Part shown: piece after piece, positions 14,601-28,090 of the stretch
How the letters are laid out: each line of letters begins with the position of its first letter
How positions within the stretch are numbered: the stretch's first letter is position 1
Assembly (NCBI GenBank): GCA_965235115.1
Contig: OZ249436.1
Coordinates: 14,200,001-14,264,000 of the forward strand
Direction: 5' to 3'
Length of the DNA stretch: 64,000 bases
DNA from: Laetmonice hystrix
Lineage: Eukaryota
Made by a program: the position numbers and the translations under genes
Notes under the pieces: model-generated
What the model was told of the DNA's origin: nothing
Seen by the model: the letters and a program-made list of their open reading frames with translations, nothing else
Databases searched by the model: none

Positions 14601-15807
14601 ATTGTCAGGTCACAATGAAAGGTGTGATCGTAGATAAGTAGGACACGTCGGAAGGTCCACCGGTGAATAGTTTCAGCAGCATCTTTAAAACTAAACTTAG
14701 GTTGACGTCTGGAATAGGGTAACAATGGTTTCCGGAAAGTATGTCGGTATGTGTGTTTCCAAGTAACAATTTACTGACTTAAGAGTAGTTTTTAGTACTT
14801 TTTTGGGGACAGATGCGTCTACAACAAAGGAGTGAAATGAATTATTAGGGGCAAGCAAGAAGTGTGAAGGCGTGGCTTTGGTTTAAGGTGATACCGTCTA
14901 AGTTACTAAGGGCAGTATGGTCATACAAGGTCACAGCTGAGCTTCACACCCAAAATATGTGTCCTGGTTATGGTTGCGATCTATGCAGCAGGGCATGCAA
15001 GTCACTGCGTCCAGAAGTCGTCGCACTGAGCAGTGCCATATGCGAGGTGTGAAATCTTGGTGGGTTGACTGAGCCTGACACACGTGCCCTGACTCGGGGG
15101 GGGGGGCGTCCCAGTTCGTACCAGTACACCAGAAGTCATACTCAAACAGGCTTGGAAGCAGCAACAGGACTCTTATCATACACCCACAAATCATTCCTTA
15201 TCATTCTCTTAAACGCTATGATTGGGTTCTTGTTGTGTCGAGTTTGTCAGAGATAATTGGAGGGGCCCTATTGGATGGAGACTGCTGGCTTGAGGACATG
15301 TCTTCAGCAAGGCCACAGATATTTCAGTTTTATCAGTTGGGACCGACGATATTTGGAAGGTGGCTAGTTTCTTTAAGTTGTTAGGTGTTCTGTTGGCTCT
15401 ATGATTATCGGCGGCCGAACATCCCTCTTCAGTTGGGGTGCTGTATGTGTGTGGTATATGACCACTGAGGAGGAAAGTTATGAGACGGCGCTTTATTACC
15501 GGTTAGTATAGAGGTGATGAAATCGTGTCACAAAATGGCCGGGCTATAGTCTGTTTCACAATAAGTGGACGTAGGCGCTTGGCCTTCTCCTGAGGAATCG
15601 TAACTATCTAAAGTATCTTTTCGCGCCTGAACTAAATCGATGAGTCTTTTTTTAAAGCAGTGTTGATCAGCATAAGTGATGAAACAAATGACAGCTAGTG
15701 CTCAGGAATGCCAGTTGGGCCAAGCGGCTGTAATGAGTAGGCCTACATACGGTTGTGGCGCCCAGTATGGTTACCGCGGCCGACAGTGATCAATGGTGAA
15801 GACGGCC

Positions 15808-15822
15808 GTGCCCTCTGGCGGC
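15808..15822 (-). promoter_or_regulatory. CTCF-like motif
   Basis: Reverse complement reads GCCGCCAGAGGGCAC, close to the CCASYAGRKGGCR core. Motif match only. Confidence 0.35.
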
Positions 15823-16829
15823 AAGCAACCTCTCGGCACGTGCGTGGTCTAACCACGAGTTAGTTCAGTCTAGTCAGACGACTCCACCCAGTTTCGTCTT
15901 CTCACATCCGTGCCGAAATCAGGACCCAAAATTCAGGTATTCTTTTTTTTGCTCCTGATTTCGTAACTTATCTAAGTGTTTTCATAAACAGAAACCCTCT
16001 TTGGATGGGCCCCACAGTCAGGTGAAATTGTTGCTTTCTCAAGTAGAGAGGGTGTTGTGGGCATCTGCTGGTGGTTTCTCCCGTAGAGCTCTCAGCAGCC
16101 GACCCATTACCAACATGTTGGAGAGGTGGAGATTTCTTGTCGACACATGGTTCTTGTTGCTTTCCTCCCTAACTTGATGGCATGACTTCAGTGATGAATC
16201 TTCTTGTAAAAGTTACACCCTCCTGCTAACACGCTCGATCAATTATCCCCGGCCCATCCCTATTGTCTTATCCACGACCGCCGCGTAATGGATCATGATT
16301 TTTTTGATAACATTGCAGTTTGAGAAGTGAAAGTATTTTATGAACGTGGGTGTCTGTAGAGTGTAAAGTATGTGTTGTCTCCCTCTCTGCTTGTTTTATA
16401 TCGCCCAGTGGACGAACACTGCTCTACACATAATTGTATGCTCCTGCTGTCAGTGAAGCTGACTTCCCATCAGTGTGTTTTGATATCACTACGCAAGTTC
16501 TCTTTGAATTTTGTCCTTTAAGTGAATATTGTGTTGGTAGCGTTCCATGTAGGATTACAGTATCGTCATTTGTATTGTAAGCAGAGTAGAACAAAAAGTT
16601 GCGAGGCTGCAGCCCAACTATAGACTTAAAACTGATATGTTTTTGTACCTCTATCCGCTGACACTTGAAGTAAAAACTACCCACGCGGACGGTGACAATA
16701 CACAAATATATAAAACAAGAGACAAAAACATGCTGAATTCTTGGGCTGGTTCCTCCCGTTCTCAGAGGATCATGTACACTGTGGACAGGGCCAGGGCCAA
16801 CCTGGGGTTGACCTTCTAGTCGGATAACA

Positions 16830-16843
16830 CTGCCATCTAGTGG
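16830..16843 (-). promoter_or_regulatory. CTCF-like motif
   Basis: Reverse complement reads CCACTAGATGGCAG, an exact match to the CTCF core consensus. Motif match only. Confidence 0.45.
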
Positions 16844-18719
16844 AATAGGAGTGTAGTATTTACAACAGGCATGTGAGCTTACGGCTTGGATCATCCCGTT
16901 TTCCTATGTCGGGTGTGGGTGACAGTGTCTTTAGACCAAATAAAGTAAAGTTTCATCTGATCAGTCCAGGAGGTGATTCCACATGCCCAAACTTACAAAG
17001 TTGAAGGAATCAGTTACGTACCGTCCAAACGGTCAAACGCACTGATCCTTTTATATGAATCCTAGTGTGTAGTGTTATTACTTTCTTCTTAACACGAACA
17101 GCCTATTAGTTCAATGTGAAATATATGCAAGCTGAGGCACTGTAAGCTGAGGCGACAGGGGCAGTTATATTATTTATAAGTTACCATAGAGATAGGTGCT
17201 ATATTTATAGTTCTAGATATCACACATCAAAAAAACGTTTCAATATCATTTGTCCCCAGACATAGTTTTCCCCTGTGCATTCAGAATACCTAGAATGAAA
17301 GTGAACGTGAAAAAGCCACTGTGAGATGGATGTAAAGACGTCATTCAAGAGCACTAGGTAAATTTTTACTCTCCACAATGACAGCCACAGAAAGTACTGC
17401 CGTAGAAAGTTGAATCAGGTGTTTGACGGCGAGTTCCTCCCATCTCGGCATGAAGTGTATGTACATTTCTCCCTGTGTGGTAAGGCATTCTGGATGTGGA
17501 GTATATTTTGTACCTCTAAATCCGAAGCCCTCCCCCCCCCCGGTTGTGGATTAAGTGTACACTGTGGCCGTGGACACGCCAAGGGGCAGACTCCCAATCT
17601 GATAATGAAGTCCCCTTGTCCAGCCCATTGTTGGCTGTCCACTGTGCTTGGCGGCAGTGCTTGGCGGCAGGGGTGGAGCAGTAGGAATCTAATAAATGCA
17701 GCTACCTGACCGGAATGAGGCCTACTCTCTGGACTAGTACTCCGACTGGCGAATGTATACTGATCGATTTGTAAGGTAATTCCACCATCGGGTCGACCCT
17801 GCTGATTACATTTAGTGCCAAACTCTTGACTCTGAAATTACAATTGACCAGCAGATGCAAATGTGTGCAGAGTACATTATGATTGTGTTTTAAGCATAAA
17901 GATAGAATACCGACAGATATAAAGAAATCATCCGGAGCAAGTGATATCGAGAATTGAAGTTTTTTGTCGGTTGAGAGCGTTTCGTGGTCTAGACGGGTAA
18001 TGTATTGTGTAGAGTGGCAGGTATGTATTTCCGAGTGATAAACGTGCTACACTTTTATACCCTACTACAGAAATCCATTTAACACCTTGACATTGCTTCA
18101 CCCAAACCATCCCGTATCACCTTACACCCCTGGCTCGTAAGTGTGAAGTTATTTTGAGCTCCCTCCATAGGAATGTCTCATGAAACCCTTTCATCAGAAA
18201 TCAATTTGTGTAGCTTAATCCCAACAAGGTTCAAAGCGTATCAGAGGCAAAGACACGTCTTGTTAAGTTTAATGTTGGTCCCATTTGAAACCAGTTGGTT
18301 CCATATGTTAGGGCTTCATCAGAGGCTGAGGCCGAGCCAGTGTATACCGCCGGGGTAACGTCCTTCTGGGTCACGGTCGGCCTTGGTAATGGAGCACCAG
18401 GGATTGCAGCATGACAGTGTGCAGATTGAGGGTGGTGTACACGACATCCCACACCCACATCCCACAACACCACTTCCACAGGGACCCGGCCACAAACAGC
18501 CATTACAGGCAAAGATAACTTATCAAGTCCCTAGATAAACAGGATTTCAAGTCAATCTTTATCTGTTGTGTGCCAGAATGCCATCCCCCTTTTCTCAAGG
18601 ACTAACGTCTCTCAACGGGCAGTGAAAAATATGTGCATCAGAAAGAACCATCAATTGATTCAGGGCCCCGACGTCTGGAGTCTCGGTTAGTGAGAAGTGG
18701 TAAATCAAGCAACCTTCAA

Positions 18720-18787
18720 AAATGTATTATTTATTCGGTGTGAATGTAAGATAAATGTATAATTTATTCGGTGTGAATGTAAGATAA
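18720..18787. repeat. 33-bp tandem duplication (2 copies)
   Basis: AAATGTATWATTTATTCGGTGTGAATGTAAGAT occurs twice head to tail. Confidence 0.85.
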
Positions 18788-19464
18788 GTAGATAGGCAGT
18801 GTATGATTAGAGATGTAGCGATTAAACCTCACAAGAGGAAGTCTGTCGAGCGGACGTCAGAATCGTATAAATTGTACACAGACTGTCAACATGTAACATG
18901 TTAACGAACACATGATGACACAAGTATAACATAAAACATCACACTATTGCTATCCTAAGCTCCTTCAGGTGATATACCGTGTTGAAAAATGACCAGTACA
19001 GATAATCAAGAACGTTCGATATTTTATGTCAGGAACAAGGATATCTGAAACGCTATAAACTGTCTGGCAGATAATGTGTCGGCACATATAGTTCAGCAAT
19101 TTACCAGCAAGATGATACATCAAGAAGGAAGATGTACGTCTCTCCTATGACATCTCATATACTGCCTGGTACAAGTATAAACGGTGTATCCCCTCCAAAT
19201 AAGGCGAAAGATAAAGGGAGAATGAATATATCCGTATTATACAAACATAAGAAACGTTTTGAATGTCCCTGTGGTTGTTGTATAGAAGGTGAGTGACCCT
19301 CGTTGTATTGGTGTGGCCCTCGTATTGAATGAACACCTATTGCAGCAGCGATATCATTTCAAACATAAACCTGGCACAAACTCCCAGGTCTGAAACTGAA
19401 CAATAAGTGATCGCAAAATTGTTTGACAGCAAGCAAATATTGCAACCTGCCATCTCATGAAGCT

Positions 19465-19878
19465 GAGGCGCGGATCTAGAGGGGGGTTCGGGGGGTTCGA
19501 ACCCCCCCCCCCTACTTGGACCCCAAAGGGCCCTTCTTGTCTAACTTTAAGTTTGCAGGCCTGCACGGATCCAAGGGCAAGGGGAGTGCAGGGGCACACG
19601 CTCCCTTTTTTGAAGAAGTGACAACAATTATTGGTAGGCTAGGCCTAAATGCTTTGAGAAACTTTCGTCTTCCGTCACAATTTCTTTCTCCAGATGCCAG
19701 GAAATAGCGCTTTTTTTCCTTCTAAATTCAAATATTTTCCGGGGGAGGTGCGCAGACCCTCCCCTGCAGATGTTCGCCTGGCGCCTTTAGCGCTCGAGGG
19801 CGTCCCCCCGTTGAGGTGCTGTATCCGCGCCTGTTCTGTAGGTAGGTGCCCTTTGAGAAGACCCTGGATCCGCGCCTG
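19465..19878. mobile_element. CAG...CTG-type MITE with a related element nested inside (about 19556-19833)
   Basis: Left end (g)AGGCGCGGATCTAG pairs with right end CTGGATCCGCGCCTG. G/C-run subterminal tracts are present. An inner pair CAGGCCTGCACGGATCC ... GTATCCGCGCCTG is also seen. TSD is unclear. Confidence 0.7.
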
Positions 19879-21157
19879 AAGTTAATAATCATTAATTGTA
19901 GGGCCTTTGCGTACCTCCCGTCTACTAAATTTTCATGTATTTGATAAAACAGAAGAAATAAGAACCCTTTGACCTGACAGCTTTTAGAAATGTGGTTGGA
20001 TGGGAGGGCCTGCTATTTGTGGTATGTATGATGGGTGGTTGTATTCATCAGGAGACGTACGGGTAGTTAATGGCTGTGTATGTTCACATATACTGTGGGC
20101 GGTGGGCCTCGCCACTGCTCAGTTACCAACGTCTGCCTCCCACCAACTTATTAATCAACATCCCTTTGATCCTATGAATCACATGACTCGCCACATCGTT
20201 AGGAGATACAGCTCTTTTCAAATTCGCGATGCAACTGTCAGTGCGGAGGCTATATGACCACACATCTCTGTGGTGGCGGCTGTGTATAAAAACATTAATG
20301 TTATATATGTATGTATTAATTCTGAACCAGTTGCTCGAGCTGGGGCAATTCAGCCAACCAACCAGTTAATTGCTTTCATTCACCCCATTTAAGCCTTTAA
20401 TTCTCCAGGTTATCTGTAGTTCTCCCCCAGTCAAGGTGGGGTGCAGTTTGGATTGCTTGACGAGCATCCAAAGATAAAAGGTCCTTTTGAAATCCCAACT
20501 ATTCGTCAGTGATTTCAATGCCTGACTGCTCAGTCTTTTTGCCTCGTGTTGTGACACGTTAGCTGGGCCATTGATCATGCAGAGTCAACAGCTTTAACAC
20601 GGTGCTGAAAATATTTATAGACAGATGCTTAACTTTGTTGAACAGTGAGCGTTGTCAGATGTGTCAGTCCAACTTGTAGATCAGTGTCTGTCAGTAAGCG
20701 CTCGGTAATCAGCTATGGGATGTGTCTTCCCAGACCTTGGAGTGTAAACCCCCTGGAACCGGCGGACAAATCAGGGTTCTGTCGGTCCTAATTACCTAGT
20801 CCTCCCACGTTAGGACTCCATGCAACAGTGATCAGTGCGAGGGACACCATCGAGATCACCAGATGTGCCATCTATCTTATGATTCCAGAATAAACATCAA
20901 AGAGAGAAAGGTCAGAGCTGTATTTGGATGCCAGCTCAGTGCTCACTGCAGCTGGTATTTGAAGACCGAGTCTGACCGGGTGTCCCCGTCGTTTGTACCA
21001 AGTGTTACCCCCAGGCCTGCCTGCCTCTGCCAGCCACCATCTGGGCCTCCTTCCTCGTGGGTCTTTGTGACAGCGATACGAGTTCCGCTCTCTGTTACAC
21101 TCTCCATTCTCCACACTAATAGGTAATGGTTTATCAAGATGGTTCATCGGAAGTTAG

Positions 21158-21253
21158 ACGATAGAAATATCTATTGTTAATGTTATCGCCTCCTGTAGTA
21201 ATATCTACTACGATAGAAATATCTATTGTTAATGTTATCGCCTCCTGTAGTAA
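21158..21253. repeat. 44-bp perfect direct duplication with 8-bp spacer
   Basis: ACGATAGAAATATCTATTGTTAATGTTATCGCCTCCTGTAGTAA at 21158-21201 and 21210-21253. Confidence 0.9.
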
Positions 21254-22655
21254 ATTGAGGATGTTGGTGTTACTTCCTCGTGGGGCAGGAGTAAAGGAAC
21301 GTATCGGCAGGGGTTTCAGTCTTTCCCGCCGTTAGATTTGCATGACTACGTAATATGTCCACTTTTTCTAGAGTATTAGGTATGAGTCAGATATACAGAT
21401 TGACACCAAGTCAGATAGTTTGATAGTAAACCCCTGATTGTAATGATTCATTATTATATCAATATTGACAAAGACGCGGCCGTCGGTGGATGTCCTGCTG
21501 AGGTCACACCTGTAAAGGTCAGTGGTGGTAGCCTGAGGGCGTCAACCCTTGTAACACCTCGCCGTCCACCTCCTGGCGGCCAGTGACGCACCATCTGTAC
21601 TTGTAGGGGGTCATTCCTGATTGGTTCCCCAGATCAAGTTTCTGGATCTATGCCAGCTCCATCTTAGGCTGAGTAGATCCGGCTAGGAATTATGTTGAAG
21701 CTTGCACCCGGCACAGCCAGAAGTACACACCCCGGTGGCCATGTGGGGTAAGGGAGATCTAGCAAGGGGTCACTGCACCAGAATCTCAGGCCAAGGTCAC
21801 TCCTTAACCACAAACCGATTTTGATACGGTTTGCAATTTTGACAAAACGTTTAGCAAACTCTGGTCTTAATTCCAGCCGTACAAAACTTAAAGGTATTCA
21901 CAGTGTGATTGGTGTATGACTGTTGGATTGAAGTATTGCAGTCCTGACATTCAATAGTAAGGCTGGACGATCACAGGCCCGGCATCTTTCACATCAGTAG
22001 CTGCCTGGATACGAACAACGCACTCGGTCCCGTTATCGCTCGCTGCCAGTCAACTTGTAATACAATCAAATAGGCATTATGCTTCAAGAGGCTGTCAACT
22101 GGTCAGCCCAGGATGTGACTTGACTGAAGCGTTCATGTCCGAGTCAAAGATTACAGGAGAACATTATTATATTTATCAGTGGGTGACAAATGTTGCCACT
22201 TCAGCCCGCAGAGCCGGACGGCTCAGTATTGCCAAACTCAAGCTTGATCAATCTGAGTGCACCCTAATGGCCACTACGTCAGCCCCTTTTATTTTGCGGA
22301 TAGCTATTGACCAATAACGGATTATGAAGGGCCAGTGAGGCATGTTGGACTTGTACAGGGGTTGTTGTGTCGATGTTGAGACCTGTCGTCTGACGGTTTT
22401 GCCATGAAGATGACCCTCGTTTACGACTTGGTCTAAAATGACTTGATTCTGCTCCTACACTAATCTTCTTCTCGTTGGCAGCCAAGGTCAGTTATAGGGT
22501 CACGGCCATTCCCGTGGTGTCAGGTTTGGTGATGGCTCTAGAAAATTAAACCCCTTTTAGAGATTATGAGGCAACCAGATATGCTGCGTACATTTTGAAA
22601 GCTATTGTTCAGGAGATGCTCGATTATGGACTCCTAAGTTATGTGTTAGGTTATA

Positions 22656-22691
22656 CCAACGAGACTAGACAGACCTGTCTAGTCTCGTTGG
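22656..22691. repeat. Perfect 17-bp-stem hairpin flanked by TTATA direct repeats
   Basis: CCAACGAGACTAGACAG-ac-CTGTCTAGTCTCGTTGG, with TTATA at 22651-55 and 22692-96. Confidence 0.85.
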
Positions 22692-22754
22692 TTATACCTT
22701 ACCAATGCCATGAACGGAAAGCTTTATCGTGGAGCTCTTGGAGGCGTTAACTAA

Positions 22755-23410
22755 TGCCCCTATTCCACACAGACCACGAATTTCACGAATCCCTACGAAT
22801 TGATGAATTCTCGGATTCGTAGTTTAATTTTAATCAGTTCGTGAAGTTCTTAACTGATTCTTATTTATTCGTAGTGAGTTCTTTCAATTCTTGAGTGATC
22901 GGGAATTCGTGGCAAAAGTTTTGAGCTGTTCAAAATTTTGTCCACGAACTCTTGATTCCAAAAAATCGTAGTTAATTCGTAACAAATTCGTAGTGCATTC
23001 TTAGGCATCGTAACTGAGTCGTAATAGATTCGTAGGCACTCGTAGGTATTCTTAACTCATTCGGGGATTCGGGAATTCGTGACTTGACCACGATCCGGCT
23101 ACGAATCCTTCCACGAATCCCACGAATACACACCGAAGCATATTCTTAACTGATTCGTAACTGATTCCTAACGTTCTTGCAGTATTCGTAATGGATTCTT
23201 GTAAATCGTTATGAATTCTTGACAATATTTCAGCGGTTCGAGCAGAATCCCACGAATATTCGTAATTATATCGTAGCTTTATCGTAACAGAATCGTACAT
23301 CATCACGAATTGGACAAGAAATTTGGAAAATATCACGAATCCTCACGAATCCTAAAATTTATCAAATCCTGGCAATTCGTGGGATTCGTGGTCTGTGTGG
23401 AATAGTGGCA
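22755..23410. mobile_element. 656-bp PIF/Harbinger (Tourist-like) MITE
   Basis: 28-bp-scale TIRs TGCCCCTATTCCACACAGACCACGAAT and ATTCGTGGTCTGTGTGGAATAGTGGCA. TAA TSD at 22752-54 and 23411-13. The interior is rich in CACGAAT/ATTCGT motifs. Confidence 0.88.
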
Positions 23411-25679
23411 TAAGAACAGAAATTGTCACACATCCCGAGGTAGACACAAGTCCTTCAGGTCTGCAGCTGGTTGAGTGTATTTATATGAATAAGAACAGGT
23501 GGGAATCCATGGTTTGTACCAAACTTCATCATCATTGTTAGGGTCTTCCCAAATGCTTGCTGAGACAGGACCAAATTGTTTCTTGCATGCATGTACTCCG
23601 GCACCCACCTCGTGACAACTTTTTATGTAACTGGTGATTATTTCTTTTTTTCGTTATCACTAAAAGTAATCGCAATAAGCGGAGTCCAAGTTAATTGGTA
23701 GTAAGAACTGTCTGCGGCTGATTGGCCTCAATCTTAACAGGATCAGCCGGGTGCAGTTTTTATACCAGCTCAGTGGGCATTAATAAATATTCAGGAAATT
23801 ACATGTTGAATTACGGATCATGTAGAGAATGTGAGAGGTATACTTCTCTACCGTAATCTAGTAAATCAATAAAGTGAGTGCCAAAAGAGGATTGCCAACA
23901 AATGTTGTTAGAGACGGTATGTGGAGGGAGAGAGAACGACTAACCAGAGATAATATTGATGTAACGGTTTCTTTAAATAAATAAATGCTGAATCGCCGCA
24001 CACAAATATCAACCAAGCTTGTCCGATTCTTTTCGGGAAGCATATTTGACATTCTAACACAGGGTCACTTGTGTTGTCGGGAACTGAAGCATGATACAAT
24101 GTATGTGGACTTGACATCTCATATTTGTCCGAGTGCAAATGAACAAATGATTCAGGATGATGTTATTCTGCTTGTTTGTGTTTCTTCACGGTAGGAGCCA
24201 GGCTGCATATGGCACCTTTGTATGAACATTTTGTTATCAAGTCCCACTCCATAGGTTTTCGTTGCAGATCATAGTAAATTGGGCTGTGATATGGCTGAAA
24301 GGAAAATACACAAGTTGTATGGCGTTCATCCTGCGAGACAATGGTGAGACTGTTATCATTGTGCTGGCATGTTGACTTCAGCGATGACACTATAGTCATG
24401 GGAAAAATGGGCTGTCTGATCCTGGCATATGTGTCAGTAAATATCGTGTAGACTGTAGAGGCAGTTGATTTAAGTGGATTGGCTCAGTAAACCAATAGAA
24501 GTGAACCAACACGACATCATATTCATGGAGGCAGCTAAGAAATTGGAGCCACTGTTTTATTTGTATTATATGTGATATACAGCGATACAGCATGCGGACA
24601 ACCGACAGAACCTGTATTTGGTGTGTTATTTTGGAACAGAATAAGGTTTCAACAGGGTAAGAATCGCTACCGCTCCTTGTCAGAATCCTGTTTGGAAGCC
24701 AAGTTACCAGCCTCTGTAAATGCAGGAACCGCCTCCGACATCTCCTTGGGGCGTGCTCCACGGCGATCCTTTTCATTTAAGTGGTGCTTCTGGTGTCAGA
24801 TTAGGACAAACCAGAGCACTCGCAGTCAACCTGTGGCCAGATGTTGGTGACGGGTGTTTCGAGACAAATATACGGGATTGACCTGTGTTGTATTGAACCG
24901 GTCTCTGCCAGCCCTGCTGCTGGCCTTGGCCATGGTCGGTGTGATATAACAACACACGTGTATAGTTTCAGCGACAAGGGACCTACCGTAACGTGAACTC
25001 CTAACCGTGTTAGGCAGTGGTGAGCAAAGGATATCCCTAACATGCCTTCACTCCACGACCAATGGTGCTGGGTCTTCCATATCGTGAGTTATCGGTATGG
25101 TACTCAATACATGAAGGTTGCAATCCATACGAAGGCCTGCTGGACCGCCTGCTGGGACGGCTGATGTATCAGGGGAGTGATAACAGCCAGACGGCCGACA
25201 TTGGAAGTTAACCAGAAACCAGAAATTTAATTCTTAGGGGGTCGGAAAGAACAGACGAGTGGTTAACAATTAAAATTGATGTACCGGCACAAGTCTTTGT
25301 CTCCTTATTCGCTCTTAAAGAGAGGGTTAGCCCAAGAAGATTGACTTTAATCATCGCTGTTTAGACATTACCCCATGCATTTACGCAATAGCAGCGTGTG
25401 ATGGCTCTCAGGTTGGTGATTATTATGGTGAGGTACATTCTTCAAGATCTGAAAGCCATTCTATGGAAAGCCATTCAGGCAAATGTACATTTAGGTTCAA
25501 ATAAATATGGTAGTTTAGGAGTCTCATGCCACCCTTCCATAGCACCAAGCTGTTCGGCTTAGTTTGGTCTATTTCAGATAATATCTTTGTGTTTTTATTG
25601 GCCATTAAGTTTGACTGTTGCCCCATTAAACAAACATGATTACTGTACTGATTCACGGAGAAAATCAATATTTCCATTA

Positions 25680-25865
25680 CCCCGCGTTCACATTGGAGGC
25701 TTGTTCCGACGCCTACCCGCTGTTTCGGGTGGCCACCTGATGTATATGAACGCAATCATCCGACAAAACTTACGTCGCGTAAGCCCCCGAGTTACATCGG
25801 GTAAATGGGGGCATAGCTATGTCGGTAGACTACTTACGTCGGGTAACTTCAATCTGAACGCTCGC
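25680..25865. mobile_element. Degraded small MITE, Harbinger-like
   Basis: Imperfect inverted ends GCGTTCACATTGGAG and CTTCAATCTGAACGC (13/15). Internal CCGA/TCGG repeats. TTA on the left only. Confidence 0.45.
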
Positions 25866-25879
25866 TTGCCGACATAGTG

Positions 25880-25893
25880 CACCAGGGGGCGCT
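25880..25893 (+). promoter_or_regulatory. CTCF-like motif inside a small hairpin
   Basis: CACCAGGGGGCGCT lies within TGCACCAG-ggggcg-CTGGTGCA (25878-25899). Confidence 0.4.
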
Positions 25894-27975
25894 GGTGCAT
25901 TGCCGCCGCCCTGAAACCCCACCTTAGATTCCGTGAATGTTTTTTTTAAGCAGAAACACAGTGTTGTCACCCAGATTACATTCCGACATAAGATTTGGTG
26001 GAAAGGACGTAATTGACAAAGGTGATGGTATGTTGAACGTCCAGCGAAGTCTGTGACCGTGAACAGATAACGGTTCATGTTTCATGTATGTATGTAGAGG
26101 TAAGAAGACTTTTGTGTCACACTGCAGGGTTGTAACTGCATAGCTCGAGCATGAGGCCGAGACAGTGGCCTCCTCTGTCATTTTGCCATTTATGAAAAAA
26201 GGTGCTGATTTTTATGAGTGCTAGGTGGCGAGGTCACAACACAAACCTTTAATACATTCGATCACTTTCACCTGACGTTTGCTGCAGGCTGTTTCCACGC
26301 CACTTTGAGTGTGGCCTGGTAATAATGACTACCGTACCGAGAAGATTTTGTTAGATAAGTTTTAACTGTGATCGTGAAAGGCTTTGATGAATAAGGCTTC
26401 TTGCAAAGTCCAATTCCTGCAACATGTTAGAATTGATTCACAGCTTACAGAGGTCCTTTTATCGGGCTTAGAGCTAAGTATTGTCAGAGGAACAACAACT
26501 AGAAGGAATTCGGATAAGGGCAACGGATTAACTTGATTTATGGCCGCATTTAAAATTGCTGATGAAGCTGGAGTTTCTCAACGCCAACCATTATACCACA
26601 TAGTATAGTAATCCAAATCCATTGCCTACTTCCGACTTTCTCACTAGTTTGATACGAGTTGCGATAATTATTTAGTATGACAAATTAACTTCCTTGCACA
26701 TTATGATGGCATTTAGCGGAACTTTCTTCTGAAGTAATGTCGGGTTAAAACGGTAATTCACTGATGTGTCATGAGTTGTCATGCAGCTCCACTTACGAGT
26801 CAGTATTCCACCACAGCTACTGTGTTTACTCAGAAGCAGGACAATCAAAATGAAATAACAAATGGTAGTAGAGCACAGAAAATTAGGAATTCAGGTCAGA
26901 GCAGTCAGGCAGCGACAGTGATGACCATTTAATACTTAAGGGGTACACTTATATAGTGCCATTTATGGCGCGAAGGGCAGACAAACTACCCCGTCCATTT
27001 GCTTCACGTTTCACGGTCTGAGAATAAAATGTGAACCAAGCAGTCGTTTTTAACTGGTGCTCAGTCAGCGAAACTCCAGTTATATGAAATGCTCTCCAGA
27101 CGGCCCAATCCATTAAGTACAAAGCTAAAGTAAGTGGCTAGATGGCCAAGCAGAGATGAAATTTTACACTGGTTCATCCATGGTCATAGTAATCACTGAA
27201 CTAAAAGGCTTATTACATTCAGCGAGCAATGTATCGGGTCTCCCCTCACTAGCTATGGAGTTTCTGGCTTCCGGTGATGTACCCATAGATCGGGGTCGTT
27301 TTATTCAGCTCCAGTGTATCATGTCTGGATCACGGAGAAACTTGTGGCAAAAATCCAAAATACCACGATTACAGCTTTCTTCCTAGCCTTACCATCAATT
27401 AAAGTACACAGCTCAACCTTGAAATACGGTGGCCGATTAGTGCCAACGACGAATACAAATTCAAAACGACGAATACAAAAGCAAAACGACAAATACAAAA
27501 GCAAAACGACAAATACAAATTCAAAACGACGAATACAAAAGCAAAACGACAAATACAAAAGCAAAAACGACAAATACAAATTCAAAACGAAGAATACAAA
27601 TTCAAAACGACAAATACAAAAGCAAAAACGATGAATACAAATCCCTCTCACACCACAAACAACAACTTGGCGTGAAGCACGTTTACAAAAAGGATATCCA
27701 TGTTCCGGGCCGAGAGTCGACCAGGACGAGTCTAAGTGTAAATGTGGGACAGGGGTGAGCTGAGGTGACATCTACCGAGGCCTGCTATGGAGTACCTGAA
27801 GGGAAATTCTTCGACTTCCAGCTCGACGTACATACATTTACTGAGACACCGACCATAACTTCGACTTCGACTTCGACGTAAACTTCGACTTCGAGTTGGG
27901 AGGCACATTCTCAAACTCGTTCCAAAGGCAACCTTTTTAGCGTGTTTGGGCTTTGGCGTGGCTCCTCCGTCCATG

Positions 27976-28090
27976 CAGTGGCGGATCCAACGGGCCAGGC
28001 GCGGATTTAGGGGGGTCATTGTTGGGGGGGGGGGGGGCGGGGGCGTTGCCGGGGCGGGGCGGGGGCACCGGGCGGGGGCACCGAACCCCG
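27976..28090 (+). mobile_element. Truncated left ends of two CAG-type MITEs
   Basis: CAGTGGCGGATCC at 27976 and CAGGCGCGGATTTAGGGGG at 27996, followed by G-runs. The same termini occur in elements at 19465 and 40020. No right ends. Confidence 0.6.

Noticed and set aside
19485..19512. GGTTCGAACCC as a tRNA T-loop/B-box
   Set aside because: It lies in a MITE subterminal G/C hairpin and no cloverleaf can be formed.
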